From Alphaproteobacteria bacterium (lineage in GTDB: Bacteria > Pseudomonadota > Alphaproteobacteria > UBA828): a DNA stretch of 64,000 bases. A model generated the notes under the pieces. The model was not told where the DNA came from. It did no database searches and saw only the letters and a program-made list of their open reading frames with translations. Shown here piece after piece: positions 1 to 9,479 of the stretch. The stretch is from NCBI GenBank assembly GCA_965221125.1, contig CBDCRW010000004.1:64001-128000 (forward strand), written 5' to 3'. Position 1 is the stretch's first letter, and the number at the start of each line of letters is the position of its first letter. Position numbers and translations under genes: made by a program.

Positions 1-103
1 CCTCCTCGAACACGGCGCGCGCAGCCGGAAACGCATCGTGCAGGTCGCGGCCCATGCCGACCGTCTGCGAGCCCTGTCCGGGGAAGATGATGGCCGTCGT
101 CAT
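1..103 (-). CDS. fabD: Malonyl-CoA:ACP transacylase, N-terminal part (runs off the window)
   Basis: Manual translation from ATG at 103 gives MTTAIIFPGQGSQTVGMGRDLHDAFPAARAVFEE, the FabD FPGQGSQ N-terminal motif. Confidence 0.93.
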   Translation of the reverse strand, partial: MTTAIIFPGQGSQTVGMGRDLHDAFPAARAVFEE

Positions 104-235
104 GAGGGGCACTCTCGCGCTTCCGCGAGCCGTTCGCGCGCGCCGCTACTGACCATGCGGCCCGGCACCTGTCAAGCGAGCCCGCAGCAGGGCCGCCCGC
201 AGTCATGTCCGGCCGATGACAGGTCGAGGAGTCTC

Positions 236-289
236 TTTGGTATACCCAAATATTCATTTTCATAACTATAAAGGTATATTGAGATATAC
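236..289. promoter_or_regulatory. AT-rich region with dyads, candidate LysR binding sites
   Basis: TTTGG-TATAC-CCAAA (236-250, contains T-N11-A) and GTATAT-TGAG-ATATAC (274-289), directly upstream of a LysR gene. Confidence 0.5.
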
Positions 290-313
290 GTAATATTGCT
301 TTACTCTATTCAA

Positions 314-1183
314 ATGGTCGATCTGGATACCCGGCAACTTCGTTCGTTTCTTTGTCTTGCCGTAGAAAAAAGCTTCTCGAAGGCGGCCCGGCAACTGGGG
401 TGCTCCCAGGCCACGATGTCGGTTCGCATTCAGAAGCTGGAAGAGGCCCTGGGCGTGCGCCTGTTCGACCGCGGGCCCCAGGAAGTGAAGCTGACGCCCG
501 ACGGGCGCGATCTGCTGCCGGACATTCGGGACCTCGTGGACATGCAGGACCGCATGTACGAGCGCCTGCAGACGAGCCGGGTCATCGGCCAGGTCAGGCT
601 CGGCGTCGCCGAGGGTTACGAGGCCTCTCTTCTGCCGGGCCTTCTGACATACATGCACAAGAACCACGCCGCCGCGGAACTGGACGTCACCTGCCGGCCG
701 AGCTGGCGCCTGCAGCAACTGATCGAGTCGCGCACGCTTGATCTGGCGGTGGTGGCGTTGCCGGAGGAAGCAGCGTCCGCCGTGGAGCTGCAACGCCCGC
801 AGCTTCACTGGGTTTCCGCACCGGGCCTTGCGCTCGATCCGTCGTTGCCGGTGCCCGTCGCCTGGCATCGGGACAAATGCTTCCTCCGGGCCGCGGGAAT
901 CGCCGCGCTCAAGGGCGAGGGCACCGCCTGGCGCGAGGTGTTGAGCAGCGACGATTCGCGCGTCATCCGGTGCGCCGTCGAAGCGGGCACCGCCGTCACC
1001 GTCATGGCCGAGGGAACGGTGCCCGACTCGCTCGCCGCGATGCCCACGTCCTCCGTTCTGCCGCCGCTGGGCAGGGCGTGCGTGCAGTTGCTGGAAAGGC
1101 CGGGCCAGCAGTCGGAGGCATGGGCGGTGGCCCGGCGGGAATTGATCCGTGCCTTCCAGGGGCTGCGAACGCAGGTCGCCTGA
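314..1183 (+). CDS. LysR-family transcriptional regulator
   Basis: N-terminal HTH LDTRQLRSF...SFSKAARQLGCSQATMSVRIQKLEEALGVRLFDR plus substrate-binding domain; ATG 314. Confidence 0.95.
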   Translation: MVDLDTRQLRSFLCLAVEKSFSKAARQLGCSQATMSVRIQKLEEALGVRLFDRGPQEVKLTPDGRDLLPDIRDLVDMQDRMYERLQTSRVIGQVRLGVAEGYEASLLPGLLTYMHKNHAAAELDVTCRPSWRLQQLIESRTLDLAVVALPEEAASAVELQRPQLHWVSAPGLALDPSLPVPVAWHRDKCFLRAAGIAALKGEGTAWREVLSSDDSRVIRCAVEAGTAVTVMAEGTVPDSLAAMPTSSVLPPLGRACVQLLERPGQQSEAWAVARRELIRAFQGLRTQVA

Positions 1184-1240
1184 CCGCCGTTGCCCAGGCA
1201 ATTCCGCCGCGTTCACGCGCGCCGCCGCCAATACATTGCA

Positions 1241-1270
1241 TTGACAAAATCAACATATCGCTATTATCAA
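1241..1270 (+). promoter_or_regulatory. Candidate LysR box / promoter of the second LysR
   Basis: TTGACAAAATCAA is a T-N11-A dyad containing TTGACA, followed by AT-rich TATTAT. Confidence 0.45.
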
Positions 1271-1277
1271 TATTTCG

Positions 1278-2132
1278 GTGCGGGACATTGATACCAAGCT
1301 CTTGCGGTCGTTCATCGCCGTCGCAACGGAGCGCAGCTTCTCCGTCGCCGCCGACCTCTGCGGCTGCTCGCAGGGGACGATGTCCATACGCATCCGCCAC
1401 CTGGAGGAGCAGCTCGGCATACGCCTGTTCGAGCGCAAGCACAGAGACGTCAGGCTCACGTTCGCTGGCAGCCAGCTGCTGGCGGAAGCGCAGGCCTTCG
1501 TGGACATGCACGACCGCCTCTTCCGGCGCACGAGCGCGAATGCGCTCGCCGGCAGCGTCCGGCTCGGCATCGACGACGCCTGCGCCGCCACCGTGCTGCC
1601 AAGGCTTCTCGAGAAGGTTCTGCCCGTCTACACCGCGCTCGAACTCGACGTTCTGAGCGAGAACTCCGTGTCGCTCCGACAGAGGATCGACGAGGAGTCG
1701 CTCGATCTCGCGGTCGTCATGACCGTCGATGCGCTGCCGTCCGCGATGCAGCTGTCTCGTCCTCGCCTGCGATGGGTCGCCGCGCCCGGCTTCGCGATCA
1801 ACGACTGGGACGTGCTGCCGATCGCCTGCCACCCCGCGGACCATCTGTTGGGGGCTGCGGCCAGAGACGCGCTGCGCTCCCACGGATTCGCCTATCGGGA
1901 AGCGCTCTGCAGCGCGAACGAACGGATCATCCGGAGCGCCGTCTCGTCCGGGACGGTGCTCGCCGTCATGCCGGAGGGCGCGATGCCTGTGGGATTGCAG
2001 GTCGTCTCCGGCGCGCAGGCTCTGCCGCCGCTGGACCGGGTCCGCATTCAGGTGCTGGAAGCGTCGACGCGGCGCTCAGACGCAGCCCACCTCGTGAAGC
2101 GGGAACTCGCCGGCCTCTATCCGGCCGCCTGA
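1278..2132 (+). CDS. LysR-family transcriptional regulator (paralogue of the upstream gene)
   Basis: IDTKLLRSFIAVATERSFSVAADLCGCSQGTMSIRIRHLEEQLGIRLFER HTH. Confidence 0.95.
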   Translation: MRDIDTKLLRSFIAVATERSFSVAADLCGCSQGTMSIRIRHLEEQLGIRLFERKHRDVRLTFAGSQLLAEAQAFVDMHDRLFRRTSANALAGSVRLGIDDACAATVLPRLLEKVLPVYTALELDVLSENSVSLRQRIDEESLDLAVVMTVDALPSAMQLSRPRLRWVAAPGFAINDWDVLPIACHPADHLLGAAARDALRSHGFAYREALCSANERIIRSAVSSGTVLAVMPEGAMPVGLQVVSGAQALPPLDRVRIQVLEASTRRSDAAHLVKRELAGLYPAA

Positions 2133-2137
2133 CCGCC

Positions 2138-2551
2138 TCAGGCCGCGATGCCGGCGAGCGTGCAGATGCGCCGCCACTCGGCCTCGGTCACCGGGCTCAC
2201 CGAAAGGCGCGACTGCCGCACCAGCCACATGTCGCCGAGCGCCGGGTCCTCCTTGATCTGCTTCAGCGTGACCGGCTGCTTCACCGGAAGGATCGCCTTC
2301 ACGTCCACCATGCCGAAGCGCCCGGAGGAGTCGGTGGGGTCCGGGTAGTGCTCCTTCACGACCTCGACGACGCCCACGATCTCCTTGGCATTGACCGAAT
2401 GGTAGAAGAAGCAGCGGTCGCCCACCTTCATGGCCTTCATGTTGTTGTTCGCCTGGTGGTTTCGCACGCCGTCCCATTCGGCGACGCCGTCGCGCACCTG
2501 GTCGTCCCACGACCAGCTTCCGGGTTCCGACTTCAGGAGCCAGTAGGCCAT
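2138..2551 (-). CDS. EVE domain-containing protein
   Basis: MAYWLLKSEP...WDGVRNHQA...MKVGD..FFYHS...RQSRLSVSPV is the EVE/THYN1 signature. Confidence 0.93.
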   Translation of the reverse strand: MAYWLLKSEPGSWSWDDQVRDGVAEWDGVRNHQANNNMKAMKVGDRCFFYHSVNAKEIVGVVEVVKEHYPDPTDSSGRFGMVDVKAILPVKQPVTLKQIKEDPALGDMWLVRQSRLSVSPVTEAEWRRICTLAGIAA

Positions 2552-2590
2552 TCCATCCCCTCCAGAGAGCGCTTCGCTCGGCGCGCAGTC

Positions 2591-2627
2591 TAGCCCGAAT
2601 TTCGCGCCGGGGTCATGGTCCGCGCGG
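2591..2627 (+). repeat. Solo degenerate copy of the terminal repeat of the 47188-47538 element
   Basis: TAGCCCGAATTTCGCGCCGGGGTCATGGTCCGCGCGG matches 47188-47224 at 29/37 positions without gaps. Confidence 0.6.
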
Positions 2628-2750
2628 AACCAGCCGGGCCAACGTCTTGATATCGGCGCACGATGCGCCCACACTATGACCATTGCCGGTTAACGTGACA
2701 GGCTGGGGGCGCTCGTCGCAGCGCCGCCGGCAGCGGGTGAGCGCGAGGCA

Positions 2751-2960
2751 ATGTCCTTCTTCGAAATGGGCGGCTATGCGGCCTATGTCTGGCCGGCCTT
2801 CGGCGCCGCGGCCGTCATCATGGTCGCGCTCCTCGCGCTCAGCATCCGCACCATGCGTGCGCGCGAGGCGGCGCTCAGGGCCCTCGAGGCGACCGCCCGC
2901 CGCCGACGTGCCGCCGCGGAAGAGGGCGAGCGCGACGGGGAGCAGAACGCTCCGGCATGA
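2751..2960 (+). CDS. ccmD: Heme exporter protein CcmD
   Basis: MSFFEMGGYAAYVWPAFG, one TM helix, basic tail; overlaps the ccmE start. Confidence 0.9.
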   Translation: MSFFEMGGYAAYVWPAFGAAAVIMVALLALSIRTMRAREAALRALEATARRRRAAAEEGERDGEQNAPA

Positions 2961-3400
2961 AGCGCAAGCACTGGCGGTTGGTCTTTCTGGGCGGCGGGCT
3001 CGGCGCGCTCGGTCTCGCTGCGGGCCTGGTGCTGACCGCGCTCGACGACACGCTTGTCTTCTTCCATGACCCGAGCACCATCAAGGAGCGCGAGTTCCCG
3101 CCCGAGCAGCGGCTCCGCGTGGGCGGCCTGGTGGAGGAGAACAGCGTGGTGAGGGCCGACGACGGCTTGACGGTGCGCTTCACCATCACCGACCTCGCCC
3201 ATGCCGTGGCCGTCACCTACCGCGGCATCCTGCCCGACCTGTTTCGCGAAGGGCAGGGGGTGGTGGCCGAGGGTTACCTGAAGGGCGGCGTCTTCGAGGC
3301 CGACGAGGTGCTCGCCAAGCACGACGAGAACTACATGCCGCGCGAGGTGGCGGACGCGCTCAAGAAGTCCGGCAACTGGAAGGGCGAGGGCGCCGAATGA
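2957..3400 (+). CDS. ccmE: Heme chaperone CcmE
   Basis: RLRVGGLV, YRGILPDLFREGQGVVAEG and the heme-binding LAKHDENYMP. Confidence 0.97.
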   Translation: MKRKHWRLVFLGGGLGALGLAAGLVLTALDDTLVFFHDPSTIKEREFPPEQRLRVGGLVEENSVVRADDGLTVRFTITDLAHAVAVTYRGILPDLFREGQGVVAEGYLKGGVFEADEVLAKHDENYMPREVADALKKSGNWKGEGAE

Positions 3401-5394
3401 TCGCGGAGATCGGCCATTTCGCCCTGATCCTGGCGCTCGCGATGGCGCTGGTGCAGGCCTGCGCCGCGCCGCTCGGCGCGAGGCTCCGCGACGCGAGCCT
3501 GATGACGCTGGCGCGGCCGGCGGCGCTGGCGCAGTTCGTCTTCATCTCGGCGGCGCTTGCCTGCCTGATGCAGGCCTTCGTCGTCTCCGACTTCTCGGTC
3601 GTGACCGTCGCCGACAACTCGCACTCGGCCAAGCCGCTCCTCTACAAGTTCACCGGCACCTGGGGCAATCACGAGGGCTCGATGCTGCTCTGGATCTGGA
3701 TCCTCGCGGTCTACGGCGCCGCGGTCGCGGCCTTCGGGCGCAACCTGCCGCCCGCATTCCGCGCCTGGGTGCTGGCCGTGCAGGCGTTGATCGGCCTCGG
3801 CTTCCTGGTCTTCGTCCTCGCCACCTCCAACCCCTTCTTCAGGCTCGACCCCGCGCCCTTCGACGGGCGCGACCTCAACCCGCTGCTGCAGGACCCGGGC
3901 CTCGCCTTCCACCCGCCGCTGCTCTACCTCGGCTACGTCGGGCTTTCCACCGCCTTCTCCTTCGCCGTGGCGGCGTTGATCGAAGGGCGGGTGAACGCTG
4001 CCTGGGCGCGCTGGGTGAGGCCGTGGACGCTGCTCTCCTGGTGCGCGCTCACGGCGGGGATCGCTCTCGGGTCCTGGTGGGCCTACTACGAGCTTGGCTG
4101 GGGCGGCTACTGGTTCTGGGATCCGGTGGAGAACGCGTCCTTCATGCCCTGGCTGATGGCGACGGCGCTGCTGCACTCGTCCATCGTGGCGGAGAAGCGG
4201 GACAGCCTGAAGAGCTGGACCGTGCTGCTCGCGATCCTCGGCTTCTCGCTCAGCCTGCTCGGCACCTTCCTCGTGCGCTCCGGCGTGCTGACCTCGGTGC
4301 ACAGCTTTGCCTCCGATCCTGCGCGCGGGGTCTACATCCTGGTGTTCCTGGTGATCGTGGTCGGCGGCTCGCTCACGCTCTACGCGTGGCGCGCACCGGG
4401 GATGCGGGCCGGCGGCTCGTTCCGCCCCGTCTCGCGCGAAGGCTCGCTGCTCGCCAACAACCTGCTGCTCGCCGTCGGCTGCGCCACGGTCTTCATCGGC
4501 ACGCTCTATCCGCTCGTTCTCGACGCGATCGCCGACCAGAAGGTCTCGGTCGGCCCGCCCTTCTTCGAATCGACCTTCGTGCCCATCATGATCCCGCTCC
4601 TCCTGATGATGGCGGCGGGGCCGCTGATGGCCTGGAAGCGCGCGGGCCCCGGCGGGGTGCTGCCCCGCCTCGCGATCTCCCTTGCAGCCGCCGTTGCGGT
4701 GGCCGCAGTGGTTGCGGCGAGCGGCGGCGGGCCGTGGGGCGCGGTGCTCGGCATGGCGCTCGCCGGCTGGGTGGCGGCCGGCGTGCTGACCGAGCTGGCG
4801 GAGCGCGTGCGGCTCCTCCGCGTGCCGCTCGCAGAGAGCGCGCGCCGCGCGATCGGCCTGCCGCGCGCGGCCTGGGCGATGAGCATCGCCCACCTTGGCG
4901 TCGCCGTCCTGGTGGCGGGCACCGTCGGTGCCGGCAACTGGCAGACCGAGCGGGAGCAGGTCATGCGGCCGGGGGACTCGGTCGCGCTCGCCGGCTACGA
5001 TTTTCACTTGCAAAGCGTCGGCGACGTGCCCGGCCCCAACTATCTCGCGCGGCGGGGCGAGGTGGCGGTGACGCGAGGCGGCGAGGAGGTCGCGCTCCTC
5101 CTGCCCGAGCGCCGCCACTACCCGGTGCAGGACACCTGGACCACCGAGGCCGCGATCCACACGACGTGGCTTTCCGATCTCTACGTCGTCGTAGGCGAAG
5201 ATGCGCCGGGCGGCGGCACGGCGATCCGTATCCATCACAACCCGCTGGTGCCCTGGATCTGGATCGGCGCGCTCGTCATGGTGGCGGGCGGCGCCGTTTC
5301 GCTCACCGACCGGCGCCACCGCGTGGGCGCGCCTGCCCGTCGCCGGCGGCCGGCGGAAACCGCCGTCGCCGCCTCGGGCGGCGCGGGCGACTGA
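3397..5394 (+). CDS. ccmF: Cytochrome c heme lyase subunit CcmF
   Basis: WGNHEGS, LNPLLQDPGLAFHPP, WWD motif WAYYELGWGGYWFWDPVENAS, SVHSF. Confidence 0.98.
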   Translation: MIAEIGHFALILALAMALVQACAAPLGARLRDASLMTLARPAALAQFVFISAALACLMQAFVVSDFSVVTVADNSHSAKPLLYKFTGTWGNHEGSMLLWIWILAVYGAAVAAFGRNLPPAFRAWVLAVQALIGLGFLVFVLATSNPFFRLDPAPFDGRDLNPLLQDPGLAFHPPLLYLGYVGLSTAFSFAVAALIEGRVNAAWARWVRPWTLLSWCALTAGIALGSWWAYYELGWGGYWFWDPVENASFMPWLMATALLHSSIVAEKRDSLKSWTVLLAILGFSLSLLGTFLVRSGVLTSVHSFASDPARGVYILVFLVIVVGGSLTLYAWRAPGMRAGGSFRPVSREGSLLANNLLLAVGCATVFIGTLYPLVLDAIADQKVSVGPPFFESTFVPIMIPLLLMMAAGPLMAWKRAGPGGVLPRLAISLAAAVAVAAVVAASGGGPWGAVLGMALAGWVAAGVLTELAERVRLLRVPLAESARRAIGLPRAAWAMSIAHLGVAVLVAGTVGAGNWQTEREQVMRPGDSVALAGYDFHLQSVGDVPGPNYLARRGEVAVTRGGEEVALLLPERRHYPVQDTWTTEAAIHTTWLSDLYVVVGEDAPGGGTAIRIHHNPLVPWIWIGALVMVAGGAVSLTDRRHRVGAPARRRRPAETAVAASGGAGD

Positions 5395-5401
5395 GGGACA
5401 C

Positions 5402-6097
5402 GTGTTCAACTTAAGACTGCTATTCTCATTATCCCTAGGCCGCCGCCGAGGGGGGCCAACAAGCGACACCGCGGACCAAGTCACCCAGGTGCCCACACAG
5501 GCGAGCACCTTGGACCCGGCGGAATCGCAGGAAACCCGCCCTCCTGTCTCCGCCTTCCGCCGGCTGCGCTACCTCGTGCCGGTGTTCGTTTTCGTGGCGC
5601 TGGCGGCTGCCCTCGGCGTTCAGCTGCTCACCGGCGATCCGAGCAAGGTGCCGTCGGCGCTGATCGACAAGCCGGTGCCGGAGTTCGCGCTCCCGCCGGT
5701 CCAGGGGTTCGAGGAGGCGGGCGGCTTCGCGACCGCCGACCTCGGCAAGGGCGAGATCGTGCTGGTCAACATCTTCGCCTCCTGGTGCGGCCCCTGCCGG
5801 GTCGAGCATCCGCTGTTCATGGCGCTCGCGGAGGCCGGCACGGTCCCCCTCTATGGCATCAACTATAAGGATTTACCGGAGGACGCCGAGCGCTGGCTCG
5901 GCCGCCTCGGCAATCCCTACACGCTGATGGGGGCCGATCTCGACGGCCGAACGGGGATCGACTGGGGCGTCTACGGCGTGCCCGAGACCTTCGTGGTGGA
6001 CGGTGCCGGGCGCATCCGCCACCGCCACGTGGGCGTGCTCTCCCAGTACGACCTGGACGAGACGATCCTGCCGTTGATCGAGGAACTCGGCGGATGA
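5402..6097 (+). CDS. ccmG: Thiol:disulfide interchange protein CcmG/DsbE
   Basis: NIFASWCGPCRVEHP and GVYGVPETF; start uncertain because of the long N-terminal extension. Confidence 0.92.
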   Translation: MFNLRLLFSLSLGRRRGGPTSDTADQVTQVPTQASTLDPAESQETRPPVSAFRRLRYLVPVFVFVALAAALGVQLLTGDPSKVPSALIDKPVPEFALPPVQGFEEAGGFATADLGKGEIVLVNIFASWCGPCRVEHPLFMALAEAGTVPLYGINYKDLPEDAERWLGRLGNPYTLMGADLDGRTGIDWGVYGVPETFVVDGAGRIRHRHVGVLSQYDLDETILPLIEELGG

Positions 6098-6582
6098 GCG
6101 GCGTGCGGCGGGCCATGCTGGGCGCGTCCTGCGCGCTCTGGCTCGTGCTGGCGGCGGGCCCCGGCCTCGCGTTCTCGCCCGACGAGCCGCTCGGCGATCC
6201 GGCGCTCGAAGACCGCGCCCGCGCGCTCCACGAAGAGCTTCGCTGCATGGTGTGCCAGGGCCAGTCCATCGCCGATTCCGATGCGGCGCTCGCGCAGGAC
6301 ATGCGCGCCATCGTCCGCGAGCGCATCGCCGCCGGCGAGAGCGACGATGCGGTGCGCGGCTTCCTCACCGCGCGCTACGGCGACTACGTCCTGCTCGACC
6401 CGCCGGTGAAGCCCGAGACCTATGCGCTCTGGTTCGGGCCGGCCGCCGTCTTCGTCGCCGGCGCCGCCATCGCCTTCGCCCTGCTGCGCCGCTCGCGTGC
6501 CGCCGCGCGCCGTGCCGAGGCGGCGCCTCTCTCGGCGGAGGAGCGGCGGCGGCTCGACGCCCTTCTCGACGACGACACCTAG
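6094..6582 (+). CDS. ccmH: Cytochrome c biogenesis protein CcmH/CycL
   Basis: ELRCMVCQGQSIADSDA and ARYGDYVLLDPP. Confidence 0.95.
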   Translation: MSGVRRAMLGASCALWLVLAAGPGLAFSPDEPLGDPALEDRARALHEELRCMVCQGQSIADSDAALAQDMRAIVRERIAAGESDDAVRGFLTARYGDYVLLDPPVKPETYALWFGPAAVFVAGAAIAFALLRRSRAAARRAEAAPLSAEERRRLDALLDDDT

Positions 6583-6601
6583 GCACCCAACCGGGCGACC
6601 G

Positions 6602-7993
6602 ATGATCTTCGCGCTGGCCGCCGCCCTGCTGACGGCGCTTGCCGTGGCTGCGGTGCTGATCCCGGTGCTGCGCCGCCAGCGCCGGGGCCCGTCGCGGGCG
6701 GATTACGACCTCACCGTCTACCGCGACCAGCTCCGCGAGCTGGAGAGCGACCGCGCGCGCGGGCTGGTGAGCGCGGAGCAGGAGCAGGCGGCCCGCACCG
6801 AGATCGAGCGGCGCATGCTGCGCACGGACCGCGCGCGGGAGGCGGCGCCGGACGCCCGGAGGGCGAACGCCCGCGGGCGCACGACGTGGCGCCGGCGCGC
6901 GGCGGCGGTGGGCCTCGGCCTCTGCATCCCGGCGCTTGCCGCCGGCGTCTACGCGAGCCTCGGCAGCCCCGGACTGCCGGGCCGCCCCTTCGCCGAGATC
7001 GAGCGCCCGGCCGCGACCGCCGAAGCGACCGCGGCCATCGGCGAGTCGGTCGAGCGGCTCGCGGCCCGGCTCGAGAGCGACCCCGACAACCTCGATGGCT
7101 GGCTCCTGCTCGGCCGCTCCTACGTCGTGCTGCAGCGCTACCCGGAGGCGGCCGATGCGCTGCGCCGGGCGGCCGCGCTCTCCGGCGGCGACCCGGAAGT
7201 GCTGACGATGCTGGGCGAGGCGATCGTCTGGGCCAACGGCGGGGTGGTCGCGCCCGAGGCGGTCGGCGTCTTCCGCCGGGCCCTCGAAGCACGGCCGGAC
7301 GACCCGGCCGCCCGCTTCCACCTGGCACTCGCCCGCGCGCAGGCCGGGCAGGTGCAGGAGGCCTACGAGATGTGGCTCGCGCTCGCCGCCGATACGCCGG
7401 CCGAAGCGGCCTGGCGCGGCGATCTCGAAGCGCTCATCGGTCAGGCCGCCGAGGTGCTGGGCGTCGAGCCGGGGGCGCTCCCGCTTGCGCCGCCGCTCGC
7501 CGAGGCGCCCTCCGGCCCGACGGCGGACGACGTGGCGGCCGCCGCCGACATGACGCCGGAGGAGCGCATGGAGATGATCCGCTCCATGGTGGCGGGCCTC
7601 GCCGCGCGGCTAGAGGAAAACCCGGACGACCCGGAAGGCTGGCGCCGGCTCGCCCGCTCCTACGCCGTGCTCGGCGAAGCGGAGAAGGCGCTCGACACGC
7701 TGCGCCGGGCGGTGGAGCTCGCGCCCGACGATCCCGAAACCCTTCATGCCTACGCCCGTATCCTCGCGGGCGACCTCGGCTCCAACGCCCCGCCCCCGGA
7801 AGCGGTCGCGGTTTACGAGCGCATTCTGGCGCTGGATCCTGACGACGGCGCTGCCCTCTGGTTCACAGGCCTCGCGGCGGCGGAACGCGGCGATGCCGCC
7901 ACCGCGCGCACGCATTGGCAGCGCCTTCTGCCCCTGCTCGCGCCCGGCACCGAAGAGCACCAGGCCGTCCGCTCCGCGCTCAACGCCCTCTAG
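6602..7993 (+). CDS. ccmI: Cytochrome c biogenesis TPR protein CcmI/CycH
   Basis: VYRDQLRELESDRARGL, YASLGSPGLP, two TPR blocks (LAARLE.P..GW.L.RSY twice); last gene of the ccm operon. Confidence 0.93.
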   Translation: MIFALAAALLTALAVAAVLIPVLRRQRRGPSRADYDLTVYRDQLRELESDRARGLVSAEQEQAARTEIERRMLRTDRAREAAPDARRANARGRTTWRRRAAAVGLGLCIPALAAGVYASLGSPGLPGRPFAEIERPAATAEATAAIGESVERLAARLESDPDNLDGWLLLGRSYVVLQRYPEAADALRRAAALSGGDPEVLTMLGEAIVWANGGVVAPEAVGVFRRALEARPDDPAARFHLALARAQAGQVQEAYEMWLALAADTPAEAAWRGDLEALIGQAAEVLGVEPGALPLAPPLAEAPSGPTADDVAAAADMTPEERMEMIRSMVAGLAARLEENPDDPEGWRRLARSYAVLGEAEKALDTLRRAVELAPDDPETLHAYARILAGDLGSNAPPPEAVAVYERILALDPDDGAALWFTGLAAAERGDAATARTHWQRLLPLLAPGTEEHQAVRSALNAL

Positions 7994-8193
7994 CCGGAAG
8001 CGCGCCCCTCCCCGGCGCGTCGCCGGCCTCCACCGATATCCGGCGCAGCGGCGGGCATCCCTCGATGACACCAATCCGTCACGGAAGCGCAACCGTCGCT
8101 TCACGCCCGCCGCCTAGCCTCGTCCCCAGGGAGCCGCCTGCGTGGGCTCGGAATATCCGTTCGTCGAACGAACCAGCGAAAGAGGAGAGGGTG

Positions 8194-9465
8194 ATGGGAT
8201 TCGTGCGCATTCGGTGTCGCTTCGGGGGGCGGTCTCTGGCCGCAGCGCTTCTCGGCACGACCTTCCTGGTGAGCCTCGCGGCCCCTGCGCTCGCCGACAG
8301 CCACCTCGAATCGGAGAATGCCGAGCTCCGCTCCCAGATCGAGGATCTGCGGCAGGAGGTCGAGATCCTCAAGAACATGGTGGTCCAGCAGGGCAGCAGG
8401 ATGATGGAGGAGTCGGAGCCCGCAGAACCGCCCAAGATGGTGAAGTCCGGCAAGGACAGGGTGAGTCTCAAGGTCTACGGCCAGGTCAACCGGATGCTGC
8501 TCAGCGCCAACGACGGCAGCGAGAGCCGCCTCTTCCATGCGGACAACGACATGTCGTCCACCCGCGTGGGCTTCAAGGGCAAGACCAGGATGGACGGCGG
8601 GTGGTCGGCCGGCACCACCATCGAAGTACAGATCGAATCGAACTCGTCGTCCAAGGTGCACCTTGGGGACGATGGGGACGACGTAAACACCGGCAAGGAG
8701 TCATTCTCCGAGCGCAAGCTCGAGTTCTGGGTCAAGCACAAGGGGGCGGGCAAGTTCTCCGTCGGCCAGGGCAGCACCGCGTCCGACGGTGTGGCCGAAG
8801 CGGATCTCTCCGGCACCGGCGTGATCAGCGGCTCGGGCTCCGGCGGTGCGATGGGCGCCGACGTCAAATTCGTGGACTCCAATGGCGAGCGCACCAAGAA
8901 GGTCGACGCGATCTTCGACAATCTCGATGGGCAAAGCCGGAAGGATCGGTTGCGCTACGATTCGCCGAGCTTTGGCGGCTTCCAGATCTCGAGTTCCATC
9001 CAGAGCGACAAGGACGATGGCGAGTCCGGTCCCTGGGATCTGGCCCTGCGCTACGGTGCCGACCTCGACGGTTTCGAGGTCGAGGCAGTGGCCGCCCAAT
9101 GGACGAATGGCGACGACACCGGCATGGGCGCTTCGGCGTCGGTCCTGGCACCCAGCGGCACGAGCGCCACTCTCGCCTATTCGACCGAGGAGGACGGCGA
9201 AGACAGCGCGGCGTTCACATACGCCAAGCTGGGGCAGAAGTTCGACGTCAGCTCCGTCGGCAGCACGGCGGTCTCCGTCGGGTTCATGGATGCCGAGAAC
9301 GCCGACGGCGATACCGGCAGCTACTACGACGTGGCCGTCGTGCAGAAGATCAAGGACCTCGGCGCCGAGATCTACGGCATCTACGGCGTCTACGACGCCG
9401 GCATCGTCGACACCTCGACCAGCAACGTCACCGTCACCGGCATCGGCGCCCGTATCAAGTTCTGA
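8194..9465 (+). CDS. Outer-membrane porin
   Basis: Signal peptide, N-terminal coiled coil, LKVYGQVNR, STRVGFKG, amphipathic beta strands, C-terminal Phe (GARIKF); GAGGAG SD. Confidence 0.85.
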   Translation: MGFVRIRCRFGGRSLAAALLGTTFLVSLAAPALADSHLESENAELRSQIEDLRQEVEILKNMVVQQGSRMMEESEPAEPPKMVKSGKDRVSLKVYGQVNRMLLSANDGSESRLFHADNDMSSTRVGFKGKTRMDGGWSAGTTIEVQIESNSSSKVHLGDDGDDVNTGKESFSERKLEFWVKHKGAGKFSVGQGSTASDGVAEADLSGTGVISGSGSGGAMGADVKFVDSNGERTKKVDAIFDNLDGQSRKDRLRYDSPSFGGFQISSSIQSDKDDGESGPWDLALRYGADLDGFEVEAVAAQWTNGDDTGMGASASVLAPSGTSATLAYSTEEDGEDSAAFTYAKLGQKFDVSSVGSTAVSVGFMDAENADGDTGSYYDVAVVQKIKDLGAEIYGIYGVYDAGIVDTSTSNVTVTGIGARIKF

Positions 9466-9479
9466 TCGCGCCGCACGGG

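Noticed and set aside
2138-2551. EVE protein as part of a modified-DNA defence system
   Set aside because: Stand-alone EVE with no fused or neighbouring nuclease, toxin or methylase.
6602-7993. Internal duplication in ccmI
   Set aside because: Ordinary TPR repeats of alphaproteobacterial CcmI.
2751-7993. ccm cluster lacks ccmABC
   Set aside because: Split ccm loci are common in alphaproteobacteria; the genes are probably elsewhere in the genome.
8048-8113. GCGGCGGGC/GCCCGCCGC stem and TGAC-N8-GTCA dyad upstream of the porin
   Set aside because: No recognisable riboswitch consensus, and short GC stems are expected by chance.
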